From: Veleropilina oligotropha
Taxonomy: Eukaryota
Direction of reading: 5' to 3'
NCBI GenBank assembly: GCA_048128005.1
Contig: JBEUKZ010000008.1
Location: forward strand, 434,001-498,000
Length of the DNA: 64,000 nucleotides
This document shows positions 13,251 through 26,213 of this stretch, one piece after another. A program made the translations under genes and the position numbers. The notes beneath the pieces were generated by a model that saw nothing but the letters and a program-made list of their open reading frames with translations, had not been told where the DNA came from and did not search any database. Position 1 is the stretch's first letter. Each line of letters begins with the position of its first letter.

Positions 13251-15037
13251 AAATAGACAGCCGCCCGGCTATCAGGAACCCCAGCTTTATATAGCAATCA
13301 GACTGCCATATAAAATCTGTGATCTTGACCTTGCCAGTAGCCCTTGGCTAAACACTGTGCTGACTGTCCATCATGAAGAAGTTCGGATGAAAAAATAATT
13401 TGAAAGAAAGAAAAAATTGTATATTTAGACCTCTGTGACCTTGACCTTTGACCAAAGGCCATTACCGGCCCGGACAAAATTTAAGGGTCAAAGGTCATTG
13501 CCGCAATGTCAAAGGTCATTCACATGAAATTTCGCCACCATGGCCTAGCGTATGATAGGGTAGTTAGCATATACCATATGAAATCAAGGTAACATGTTTG
13601 GTAGCCGAGATATAGACCGGACAACATTGCAAATTGCGAATATATTTTGACCTCTGTTACCTTGACCTTTGACGAAAGGCCATTATTCGTATTTGTTATA
13701 TGATGTACTAACCCTAAAGGAATAGTTTGGCCCCGAAAAATAAAAAATTACGAAAAATTAAAAAAATCTAAATATAGAAAATTTGTGAAGGTCACTATGC
13801 AGAGGTCAAAGGTCAAATGATCAAAATTTTACTTCCATGCACAGGTTTGAAGTATAGGCAACACATATAAGAAAAAATGAGAAGGCTAACATGTTTGGTC
13901 TCCGAGAACCGGCCCGGACAAAATTTAAGGGTCAACGGTCATTGTCGCAAGGTCAAAGGTCATTCACGTGAAATTTCGCCACCATGCACTAGCGTATGAC
14001 AAGGGTAGTTAGCATACCACATGAAATCAAGGTAACATGTTTGGTAGCCAAGATATAGGCCGGACAACATTGAAAATTGTGAGTATATTTTGACCTCTGT
14101 GACCTTGACCTTTGACCAAAGGCCATTTTTCGTATTTGTTATATGATGTACTAACCGTAAAGGAATAGTTTGGCCCAGAAAAATGTAAAAAATACGAAAA
14201 ATTTAAAAAATCTAAATATAGAAAATTTGTGAAGGTCACTACGCAGAGGTCAAAGGTCAAATGATCAAAATTTTACTGCCATGCACAGGTTTTAAGTATA
14301 GGCAACACATCTAAAAAAAATTAGAAGGCTAACATGTTTGGTCTCCGAGAACCGGCCCGGACAAAATTTAAGGGTCCAAGGTCATTGCCGCAAGGTCAAA
14401 GGTCATTCACGTGAAATTTCGCCACCATGCACTAGCGTATGACAAGGGTAGTTAGCATACCACATGAAATCAAGGTAACATGTTTGATAGCCGAGATATA
14501 GGCCGGACAACATTGAAAATTGTGAGTATATTTTGACCTCTGTGACCTTGACCTTTGACCAAAGGCCATTTTTCGTATTTGTTATATGATGTACTAACCC
14601 TAAAGGAATAGTTTGGCACCGAAAAATTAAAAAAATACGAAAAGTTAAAAAAATCTAAATATAGAAAATTTGTGAAGGTCACTACGCAGAGGTCAAAGGT
14701 CAAATGAACAAAATGTTACTGCCATGCACAGGTTTTAAGTATAGGCAACACATCTAAAAAAAAATTAGAAGGCTAACATGTTTGGTCTCCGAGAACCGGC
14801 CCGGACAAAATTTAAGGGTCCAAGGCCATTGCCGCAAGGTCAAAGGTCATTCACGTGAAATTTCGCCACCATGCACTAGCGTATGATAAGGGTAGTTAGC
14901 ATACCACATGAAATCAAGGTAACATGTTTGGTAGCCGAGATATAGGCCGGACAACATGAGCCGCCCGTCCGCCCGCCCGCCCGCCCGCCTCGGGCGATGA
15001 CAATAACCCCAGCTTTTTTTTAAGCTGGGGTTAAAAA
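13251..15037 (+). mobile_element. HINE-like element carrying about 3.4 tandem units of 443-444 bp
   Basis: Unit marker accggcc at 13464, 13908, 14351 and 14795; (gccc)n microsatellite; terminal palindrome aaccccagctt...aagctggggtt, whose arm also occurs near the 5' end. Confidence 0.8.
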
Positions 15038-16430
15038 CCGCCAAAGCGAATCAATCTGAGCCTATCGCATTAATCCAGTGTGAAGGCCCTGTGATAGGAG
15101 GAAGCATGGATGAAACGATTGGTTCGAAACAACAGAGGTCACGCATTCCTGGCCAATCGTTAACACATAAACAAGATCAGCAGCCGGCATTGATGTCAAT
15201 AAAGGGCAAACACAAAGGCGGCGAAATATAGGTCCGCTTCACTGAAATTCTTTTTGGACAAACATGCATAAGCCGAAATATTGATTCGCTTCACTGAAGA
15301 TGTTTGCTTAATAACTAAATTTAAATATCTGCTGACGGCTGTTGCACAAAAATGTCAATTTACAAAAACCCTCATACGCATTCCTGAAATAACTTTTCTC
15401 GCATTCAAATAATATTATCTTGCTAAAACACGTTTCTTCAATTGTTATTGACCATGTCGCGCTTTGCCTTTCCTATGAATGATTTTTGCCCTCATTTATT
15501 GTTCATTTATATCCTGTAAGAATTAAACATACGGATCAAATCAAATCTTGGATGATGCAAGATGTTTATGATCGTGTACGTTTAACAATTTCTCCGTCAT
15601 ATTGTTGTCGAAACCTCACTTTAACATCTCCATTTCAAGAACGGATATTGAGTTTTGAGACGTATTCTATTAGTCTATAATTATTAAGAGTTTATAATAA
15701 ACCACATTGGTCACGTTTTAACCAAAATAATTCCGCATGCATAACGTTTCCAATGCTGCAACCATGTTGAGGGGGGATGGGGTGGAGTGCTTAAATGGCA
15801 AGACGCTGGTTGTGCCTGAGATTGTCCCCATAAACAGCATCTTGCAACAATTGATTGGCCTAGCTAGCTGATATCTGATTTAAAATTGTCGACCTGCATG
15901 GTCACTAAATATCAAATCATCCCTGTTTGTCCCCATTATATGGGAAACTCTCACGTTTCGTACAGGAGTTATTCATGAACATGCAAATCACACTTCTTTC
16001 ATTTCACAAGTTATTATGATCGATGATTAAGAAATTAATGAAAAATGAGTTCACATTCAACCACAACTTAAATACTGTATTAAATGAAGAATGCACACCA
16101 ATACCTGTAATAAGATGACTGGAGTTATCTCCCTTTCTCTTCTAAAAATGTCATTTTGCTCAATTTCCATCTATGTTTAGAAGCCCATTTCATTTCACGA
16201 CCAATGAGAAGGCAGTATTTTATTTCTGAAGATGGCACTCTGTCAGGTCTTTTGTTCTCGAAATAGGGGCGGTAGGTTATAATCTTCATATGCATCTTCT
16301 TAATATAATGATAAATAAAGCAAATTATTTAGTATAATGAATAAATTATATGTTTCGATAAAAGAAACAGTTTGTCAAATTTGACAATAAGAATTTGTGT
16401 GGAGAAAAGAGAGCTTCTAAGTTGGTTAAC

Positions 16431-16528
16431 TTAGACGGCAGATTGTAGACCATTATCAAAAATTAGGCTCGTCCTACGGACTCGCCTTCTATTTTGATAA
16501 GATTCTACAATCTGCCATCTAACCTATA
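16431..16528 (-). mobile_element. Terminal hairpin of a Crypton-like non-autonomous element
   Basis: About 92-nt imperfect inverted repeat; minus-strand apex aggc-GA-gtcc-GTA-ggac-GA-gcct; minus-strand terminus TATAG. Confidence 0.55.
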
Positions 16529-16605
16529 CGTAGCATTTGTCTCTTCTCCGAAGAGTTCTTCACTATAGATAAGATTTATACATGATAACGGCGACATATT
16601 TTTAC

Positions 16606-16767
16606 CTTAGTAGTGGCCAACGGTCCCCAGATACTGTTAATCTTTGTCTTGGCGGTTATTTTCTTGAAGTCTCCAGATGTCCAGGTGCCATAAGGACTGT
16701 TGACCGGTGGCAGAGGACCAGCTTCATCCACCGATAAATTATGTGCTTTCCGCACTCTTGCACTTCC
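16606..16767 (-). CDS. PLEKHG5: PLEKHG5-like exon (GSARVRKAHNLSVDEAGPLPPVNSPYGTWTSGDFKKITAKTKINSIWGPLATTK)
   Basis: gaaattcag| ... |gtaaaa; 162 nt, phase 0 to 0, open. Confidence 0.8.
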
Positions 16768-19418
16768 CTGAATTTCACAAAAACGAAACAATTACACTTT
16801 GATAAATATATCCATCAATAGGATATACAGAATATTCTAAATTAGAGTAGACTATTTTACTATATATTCCTTGTTAAACTAAATCATCTAGTAACTACAG
16901 TTACTGTTACTACAGATATGTGGACTACCTACTCAGAGGCTATCATTAAAAATGTTTCTATATTTGAATACTTAAAAAGACTTTATGAATGCCTTTGCAT
17001 ATATTTACATCTTCCTGCATTAGTATGTACATGACATCTAGTACGACGCAGATCGAATGATGTTAAATTGGACATTAAGCAACGATTCATATAAAACCAA
17101 CCACAAAGCAATTAAGACTCAAGTTTGTTTGTTGTTCTACCATTTTACATAGATAAATCAAAATGTAGTATTATATCATATGTTTGTTCTTTTAAAAATT
17201 AATTATTATAAGACTTTTAAATTGCTCCATTCTTTTTCGGGAATGGAGAGCTATTTTGAAATAGCTCTTCATTGTTAACTTAAAGTGAATAATAGAGTTT
17301 GAGATGAAGAAATACAAATCCAGATCATTTTAAATCCACTTAAATGACATCTTTGTTATATATCTGTATTATGTGACTGCTCCAAAGAAGTTCAGAATAT
17401 TCAAATGTATATATACTAAAATTGTGTGTTGTTTAAACTTAACAGAAATATGTAATATATAAAAATAATCAGTGATCAATTCTAAACAAGTCTGGTGCAT
17501 TTGATGTGAGATTATAACGAAGAGTGTAACACCAGAAATGTTCAAATGTGTTATGGGTAACAGGGTAACATACAAAATTCATTATTTCTAGTTTATAAAA
17601 CATTTTCATCTCACAGTTATATAATAATTATGCCAATATTTTGGCAATTTTTCAGTCGTATCTGTAGTCAAACTAACGCAAGGATTAAATTGTCAAATAC
17701 GTACAAATATTATACCACGACCACTGCACCAATGCATATGTCTATGTTAGTAATTTCTACATCTACTGAGAAGATTAATTTAAGGGCTACAGTGTACGGA
17801 GGTGTAAATGTTAATAGTGTTTACTACAAGTCAGTACATATTGTTTGAATAAATTCACTATAATATCTATGAGCCAGTGTTATCAAATAAAACTTTATAC
17901 TATGTAATGGATAATACACTGCCAGCCCGAACGATACATGCACATAATGCCGAGGGGTGGCAGCTGTATTATCTGTTATACACAACATGGAAATCTTTTG
18001 TAAATTGCAAGCTGTCACCCCTTAAAAAGTCTGTCGCACCATATCCCCTCTAGGGCCTGATATGGGAGTAGACTCTTCCATTGGCTGCTTGTCAAATCCT
18101 TTGTGACTGCCCAGCTGATGCCCGGCGAGTACTCTAGTTAACCTATTGTTATCTTGTTAAAGGGAACAATGGAGCTTAACACTAGGCCTATTGTTCAAAT
18201 AACCAACCACATGGTGTGTATGTATTCAAAACAAACATATACAAATAACTGATAATGATATATTCGTAAAACTATTCCGATTCTGTGACCATTTTCCACA
18301 ATATGTCATGTGAAAAAGTACACTGATAAAAATAAATTTCTTTGTTTCTCGATTCCAGTTGTAATATGTAGAATTTCAATTTACATGTATTAAGTTGTGA
18401 CAGTGTAATGCATGTGTTACCGATTGATTTGCGCTGTTTTTCATTTCAAAATTAATAATATAACATTGTTTGTTTATTGTTATCAATGAATGGGACTTTA
18501 ATTGGCCTGCCGAGCTCCTTCCACTTTTCAAAATGTTGAGACAGCATCGAGAGTCGGACTCAATGCTACTAATGAATGACAAGTAGAACAAAGATAAGTA
18601 GGCAGGAAATTGGATTACTTATAAATGTATACTATTACATTATGAACTATTCTCATTACCAGGATAGGAAAGGAGCGACGTTTAATGTCCTTACCTGTAT
18701 ATTTCCAACCGTTTAGTTCAAAGTAGGGGAAACTCGCCATCTCCGACCAGTTACGGACAACTGAGATTCATAACTTGAGCAAATAATGTCTTGCCCCAGT
18801 CGAGGTTTGAACCCACTACTGTTTGAATCATTTTTTTTTTCGGAGTCTGCAACCGAAACCACACAGCTATCGAAACGGCCAAGCCTCACTATCAATTGTG
18901 ATATTGAATGCCTACATTTAAAGAGCAAGAATATAAACATTCCAGGACTCGATATAGCATTCAGCTTTATCGATTGTAGGAGATATTATAAAAAATTATT
19001 TATCACAAAATATTGTTAATGAAACAAAAAGCAATCCTATTTAATCAACAAATTTAATAACCCATGGCAGAATGCCAACATCGCGTAACTTCAATTTTTG
19101 AGAGCCTATATATGTTTCGAGAAAGAAACATTTTTATGAATGACTGTATGTGCATTGCTGAAGAATAAGCTAAATACTGCAATACTTATATTTGTGTCCA
19201 AGGTGGTGATGCGCACATTGGGTTTTCCTGCTTGTTATAACGGTTACAAATATTAGTTGAGCAGCAGCAAAATTATTGCAATGGTCATCAGTGTTGATCT
19301 GTTTGTTTGTTTGTACGCAATGTGTGAGATGCCGCAAGTTGTAGTGACGAGTGGTCGGTAGTGATTAATTTGACCATCGGTCAAACAAAGAAAAAAATGC
19401 GTGCTGAGTGACTATACA

Positions 19419-19895
19419 CAGGGTTCGTACAGCCAAGATTTGATGAAATTCAAGCACTTTTCCAGTACTTTTCAAGTACAAAATTTGAATTTTCAAGTAC
19501 ACAGAAAAATAAAATTTAGCAAGCATACAGCGACGATACGTACCATATAGAGGATCGCCGGTGCCATTCGCACTATATAGTTTAACGTACTATATTCAGG
19601 CACCGGGGCCGGACAACATTCCGCAATTACTCCTGTCCATCAGACCGACTTTCGTTCATTCACTACGGAGTTACTTCCCTTCGCGCGTTTACCGTAAATA
19701 TTCTGAACTTTGAGCGTAGTTTTAGCATTAGTTTTAATTTTCCCCCCCTTTAAATTCAAGTACTTTTAAAGCACGACTCTGGATTGTTAAGTACTTTTTA
19801 AGTACCAAAATGAAATTCCAGCATATTTGCAAGAATTAAGTACTTTTCATTTTTTCTTCAGAATTCAAGTACTTTTCAAATCTGTACGAACCCTG
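19419..19895. mobile_element. MITE with 5-bp TSD
   Basis: TIR cagggttcgtacag / ctgtacgaaccctg; TSD ataca on both sides; subterminal aagtactttt repeats. Confidence 0.88.
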
Positions 19896-20487
19896 ATACA
19901 TGTACTGAATTAAGGCACTTGTTTCTGAGGGTAGAGAATGTTGGATTTAAGCATGGCACAATAAAGGAAGATCTGCACAGAAAATTGTATATCCAGCAAA
20001 GCTAATGAAAGTATGCTACAGGAGGTGGAAGCTTTGCCTCATATTAACCCTTGAACTGCTGGGCATTACCTAACATGCATATGGATTGTACCCAATTGAG
20101 CGTGCTCTGAAAAGGGTTAACTATTCAAAGTGATATTGATTTTTCAACATGGACGTAAATATTTATCAATGAAGTTGAAGATCATCCCGCAGTCGACGAC
20201 GTCATTCTGAATGCCAAAACGAGATTTGAGGCCCGAGTCATGAAGGTAAGAATTCATTACACAATAGCCTTGATACTTTTCTTCCATTTGAATAACTCTC
20301 ACTCTGTGTTATACCGTGATGTTATCCAAACTAAAATAGCATGCGGTTATGTTTAAATCAGTCATATACGTGAAATTAAATATTAAATTGTTTCTCATTC
20401 ATGGGAGGTAATGATGGCAGGCATGGTTGGAGATGCAGCAAGCAGCGAGCGGTCAATGCACACGTTAGGACGGTCACCCGCACTTAC

Positions 20488-20631
20488 GGTTTGGTCATCT
20501 AGGACGCGAGAGGGTAATAAATGCAAAAGTCCCGCCTGGACACTCTTGGCATCCTGCAGCCCAGGAGGAGGCATGGGCAACGAACCCCGTCTCTGCTTTG
20601 TGTGTCGCTGACCATACCGAAAAGACATGAT
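20488..20631 (-). CDS. PLEKHG5: PLEKHG5-like exon (IMSFRYGQRHTKQRRGSLPMPPPGLQDAKSVQAGLLHLLPSRVLDDQT)
   Basis: gcattcag| ... |gtaagt; 144 nt, phase 0 to 0, GC-rich and open; contains an RRGS PKA-type motif. Confidence 0.8.
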
Positions 20632-22026
20632 CTGAATGCGCGAGACAGAAACAAATACAGATACCAGAACGTTACGATATAGCACATACATAGGCAATAT
20701 ATATGGAGAAGAGAGAGAAAAGCATATAATTAAAGAAAGACCAGAACCTTATTAAAACAGTAACACAAATAAATGAATAGCAAACAGTGTGAGAAATGGA
20801 ACATGCATATCCTATAATGTATGTAATGTTGATGATGATGCATAATAGTTCAGGATTTTTTTTATTATTTTCTTTACGTTGAACACAAAAAAATGTGTTT
20901 ATATAACAAAAATTTGTGCATGTAGGAATTAATTTTATTACAAGTCACACAGAAAATTCATTACTAAACATAACTGAAGAAACTGATAATGATGCACACA
21001 ATGTCACGCACTTTTATAATCTAAGTTGTCGTGCTGCCCTTGTAGTTTGGAATGAGTTATTTAGCATGACAATACACCCCCAATGTCTGCCATTGATTTC
21101 CAATACTGCTAAGCGTCATCTGGCTACACCTGGGCCATGCTGACGCGATCACCATGAAACGAGCCACTTCAGCTGGCTCCAGTTATATATACAAATACCA
21201 AGTATTTCTGAGCCGCATTCGCGATCAACAAAATGAAATCAATTGAAATTGTGAACAATTTACCAACGCTTTCTGGATAGAATAATTTGTCAAATGTAAG
21301 GTGTTTCTTTTAGAAATTGATGTGGCCCAAGAAATATGCAATACATTACAACTAACTTGCAACACATTCAATATTTAAATTTGATTTTTTATTTTATTTC
21401 TGGTACAATAAATTTACATGTTATAGAAATAAATAATGGGCCGTCTGGTAGTGAGGTGGATAATTCACTCGCTTGACGGCTCTGATGAATACGAGTGGGT
21501 GCAATTCCTCTACTGGGCAATTCGTTCAATTAACGGTCCGAGTTATTCATATATGGCTGGTGGGTGCATCTTTTCCCGGGCAACTGACTATCGTCCCATC
21601 ATAATAATAATAATAATAATAATCTGAAGATTTATCTGCGCTTTCCCACACATGCGAGATGCATGCTCAAAGCGCTTACATTATTATTACCTGGTTATTG
21701 GCCTGTTCATTCAATATACATTCAATATTCCTTCCTGCCAACCAGTACCCATTTAGATCTCAGATCGGCTGGGTGAACCGAAGCAATATATGCTAAATTC
21801 CTTGCCCAAGGGAAGTCGCCAGGATCGGGGTTGAACCCCAAACCTCTCGAGTGAGAGGTCAGTGCATCTACCACTGTAATACGGACAAATTCCCTGAATG
21901 GTCGTAAAATGGGATATTAAGCATCAATCCAGATCATACAAAGCGTGGAAGGCAACACATTTACAATCATTTTCACACATCGGCTGCCCAAACTTATAAT
22001 ATTTCAACAAATCCATCACACTCTAT

Positions 22027-22584
22027 CAGGGTTCTGAGGGAGGAATGATGTTTAATGTCCTGTATATTTACAACATCGAGGTTCAAGGCAGGACATGTCC
22101 GTGTTATCGCGGGAGGAAACCCCGGTCGCCCGGGTAAACCCGCCCTCTTCGGCCAGTCACGGACAACTGTGATTCATAACTTGAACAAATGTCAATGCCT
22201 CAGCCAGGTATTGAACCCACCACTGTTCGCATTAGCGGAACCAAGCCAGTGAAATTAGAGTGGACACTCTACCCACTGCGCTGCCGAAGCGGCCTATCAG
22301 GGTTCTGCCGGGTGGTAAAATAGTAGTGCTGGGTGGTAAATGAAAATGAGTAAAATGTACACCTAAGTAGAAAAAATATGCTTGGAATATTTAAATTGAT
22401 AACAATACATTCGGCATCTTTTGTTACATTTGCTATATTAAAATGTCCAAATTCAATGTAAATGCAATAATAAAAAATTAAAAAATTAAAAAAATTAAAA
22501 AATTCTAGGTGGGCGGCAGGTCTCGAGTGCCGGGCGGCGAGTCATGAGTGCCGGGTACATGCGCCCACCGTGGGCAGAACCCTG
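22027..22584. mobile_element. MITE with 5-bp TSD tctat; a SINE has inserted into its left TIR
   Basis: TIR cagggttctgcc / ggcagaaccctg; same family as 41918-42477. Confidence 0.85.
22037..22293 (-). mobile_element. Full-length tRNA-derived SINE, family A
   Basis: A box gcgcagtgg, B box ggttcaatacc, (ttcc)-type tail; 14-bp TSD ctatcagggttctg at 22023-22036 and 22294-22307. Confidence 0.9.
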
Positions 22585-22604
22585 TCTATAAACGTGGTAC
22601 GTAC

Positions 22605-22696
22605 CCCGCTCTGCTTTGTTTTGTCCTTCATGGTTGATGTGGCTTTGCTGGCACTCGACGGACGATTGGCTTTATGTGTGCCTTCTCCATCTTTCT
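22605..22696 (-). CDS. PLEKHG5: PLEKHG5-like exon (E KDGEGTHKANRPSSASKATSTMKDKTKQSG)
   Basis: aatttttcag| ... |gtacgt; 92 nt, phase 1 to 0, compatible with the donors at 42519 and 34494. Confidence 0.82.
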
Positions 22697-22990
22697 CTGA
22701 AAAATTAAAATAACATGCAATAAGCTGCAAATTCTTCTTTTTAGTCAATCCATAGAAAATTTAGAATCTGAACGTTTTTCAACACTTCTCTTTACCAATG
22801 ATTTCTGGATAGAATACTCACTGTTTATGTCACAGATATACTTTGATGCTTAATAATATATACCTGCATATCTGCATTCTAGGCAAAATATTGCACACTG
22901 CTAAACTGCCCTCATAACTGTATGTTTATATATATGTACGACTGTACGTAACGTTGTATATATTAATCTAATAGCGACACAAATGAATAC

Positions 22991-25110
22991 ATAGAGAATA
23001 CTACACTGATTCTCGACACGTACCGTTTGTATCTCACGAGTGCACGTATCCAGGTATCTTACCGAGCGAAAGCGAGGTAAGATACCTGGATACGTGCACG
23101 AGTGAGATACAAACGGTACGTGTCGAGAATCAGTGTAGTATTTTATTTATTACCCATGCATTTATTGCGTTATATATGCATTTTATTTGCTTTTATCGGC
23201 CCATATTCGAGATTTCAAATTGTTTAGCCGCGGATGAATTTTATTCCTGATTACTGTAAATAGCCTCTTTACTCTATAGCCACACGCTATAACAAATAGA
23301 TCGTATTAAAAGTTCATTCTAATTTATTTTAATGAAACTAAGAAACAAGATAACATCAGGCAACAATAAGAACTGTTTAATATACGATCGTTTTACTGAA
23401 TATTACTCATCTCATTAATATATTTACGTTATTCTAAAAATAAGTCCGTTGAACACGCGGCGAAATCTTAATTTGCATATGCCTCGTGGATGGATTGTTG
23501 CCAAGTTTGCACTCAGGGAAGAATTTCGTTGCCACCGTCAACATCTGGTCTCGGGCGTTTTGGTGTCGACGGCCCACTGACGATGTTTATATTAATCGTG
23601 CCGCCGTATATTGGTGCCGAGAATATGGAACTCAGGAAATCACACCGACTCGACCGCGAATTCGAAATGGTATTAATATTAACAGATTGGGGAACCACGT
23701 CTACACAACGAGAATCGTGCGACCCGGAACTACCGGTACTGATGATGTCGCTGAGCTGACGATGTTGTAATGTGGAGATGCTACTATAATTATTGACACT
23801 TTGTATGTTTTTATGGTGCAGATTGGATTTGCGAGGAAACAGTTTCCGGAATAACGGCAAGTCTATAGCGTGCAACTTGTTTAATTTTACCATCGAATGT
23901 CTTCACATTATACATATTGAACGTTCCTCCCGGTTGAACAATGGACATTACGCGTCCCGTCACTTGCCCGTCAATTTTCACGCATTCATTCACACGAATC
24001 GATTTAGGTGCATCCATATTGAAACAACGGTCCGAAACAACACGAAGCAGACGACACTCTTTGATGTAAAGTATTTTATAATTATATTTATCATGTTTTT
24101 ATTTATAATTACACTTTCTGCAGTTTTAAACCTGTACTTGTATAAACGTTCGTGTTAGCTGTATTACATTTAATTTTATTAATTGTTAATAATCCGCCAC
24201 ATTTCCGATCGTTGTTTTTCTTCCATTCAAGCCACAATAGTAAAAGTTGTAGATTTCTTCGTTTTGTTTATCAATGAAAATGTAGTCCCTGACCTTTGAG
24301 GTCAACTTGTTATGCACCATGTGGTGCGTACAAAATAAATACGACATGGCTATATCTGCGTCACGTGGGTAATAATAAGGATTACTACTCATGAATACAA
24401 GAGGAAATCTGCATTCTCAACCCACACATGAGTTCTATTGACATTGAATGGTCATCATTATTAATATAGACTAAACACGATATCATAGGATGCATCTTTA
24501 ATATCATTCAAATTAATTGCAAATGCAATAACAAATATTAATGAATATACACAAGTTAGTCCCCCATGGTCTAACTAGCAATATGGTTAGTTAAGCTACA
24601 GGTGACGACAATAAAATGACGTCACAACAAAGGTTTAAATACATCTATTTATTATATGCCAGCCGTTTTCTGACGCCTATTCTCGCGCAGTTTTCCGAGA
24701 CCCTGTATCACGGACACAGCTGATATCGATTCAGAAAACGTCTCCTGCTTATATATTCACAGGAAAACGTCTCCTGCTTATATATTCACAGGTAAACGTC
24801 TCCTGCTTATATATTCACAGGAAAACGTCTCCTGCTTATATATTCACAGGAAAACGTCTCCTGCTTATATATTCAAAATGGCTGACAAATCGTAGGAACT
24901 ACTTCCAATATAGTCCTATACTATTTCAACCTCCTTTACAGATTCGTGACTAAAATTACCATAATCTTTCGATTCAATTTAATAAGAAACTTGTTGTGGC
25001 ATATAATAAAAATGTTATCAGTTGTGACGTGACGTGATTAATCCGCCGCAAAAACTACGATGTCACTCGAGATTTTCGATGTGCCAGAATCCACACAACA
25101 CTGATAACAT
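22991..25110. mobile_element. Internally deleted Crypton-like element with hairpins at both ends and remnant coding sequence
   Basis: 146-nt hairpin at 22997-23142 and a degenerate hairpin at 25012-25110. Minus-strand ORF remnants MDAPKSIRVNECVKIDG...VARYRL and ...HRQLSDIIS...FSAPIYGGTININI resemble the N- and C-termini of Crypton/DUF3504 proteins (from memory); the recombinase core is absent. Internal 29-bp x5 repeat at 24734-24876. Confidence 0.62.
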
Positions 25111-26213
25111 CATTATATAAAGCAGATGGTAATGGAGTGTAGACGAAACCTTGTAGCGATTCATTTCACATGAAATTGGTGTTATGAAATGTTGACAATG
25201 ATTATTTTCTATAATTTGATAGTGATAATTTTTTTAGCAAATTTATCAAATTAGCGATGAGCGTAGTTTCTCCATCATTGAACACACTGGTGCATTGAGT
25301 TTTCTTGTTTGCAGATTCTTGAACAATTCCGAAGTCTAGTTAAACGTAGAATAGTCATTTTAATAAGCAATTCCATCATTATATACCTGCGAGCTAAATC
25401 CTACCTAATATTACGTTTTCACCAGGACTTTTGAGCCAATATTAAATGGGTAGATAGATTGATCAGGTTTCACTACCTTATAATATTATCATTTGATCAA
25501 ACAAGCATTAAAAAAACATGGGTATCGTATTTCAGAGACATGTTTATTAATGATAAAAAGATCTCAAAATGTACACAAGAAGATCTTCAAGTATAAGTCT
25601 GCCGTTAGAAAAACAACATTTATCCTGATCCAATGCTAATATTTACACACAGATTGGGGCGTGCCAGCCAGCCAGCCCAAATAAATCACCATAAAACACA
25701 GTTTAAGTCAAGATTTGGTGTCATCATTGACAGATACCACGTTGTTAGAAGCCAAAGCCAGCAAATATCGACATAAAATATCAGAAATCTACTCAATATT
25801 TAATATACAGCACATGTGTGCACATTCTTGTTCTCCAACATTATTGATATTCAAGTTTTTCTTCTCTCGATATTCGCGAATAGAAATGAGAATATTCTAA
25901 GGATCCTTTTTAGTCAACTACCATTGTTGCTTTGCCTTGGCATACAATAATTATGCTTCCTTCTAGCGCCAGTGAAATTAATTTACAACAATGCATATAA
26001 TGAATAAAGCATATTTATTCATATGTGACGGTAACTTTTTCAAAGCGATAAAAAAAGATAATGTTCAATTAAACATTCGTCTCCACAAGATAACAGTTTT
26101 GTTTTCAATCATATTTTTAAAATCTTACTTCATGTAATGTACAACTATTGCTAAGCATATGAAAATAACGTCATGTCAATTGCAATTAACTTACGGATTA
26201 ATCTAAGTGCGAA

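Noticed and set aside
22190..22293. tRNA gene
   Set aside because: A and B boxes are present, but they form the head of a multi-copy SINE with a body, tail and TSD; I could not fold a full cloverleaf.
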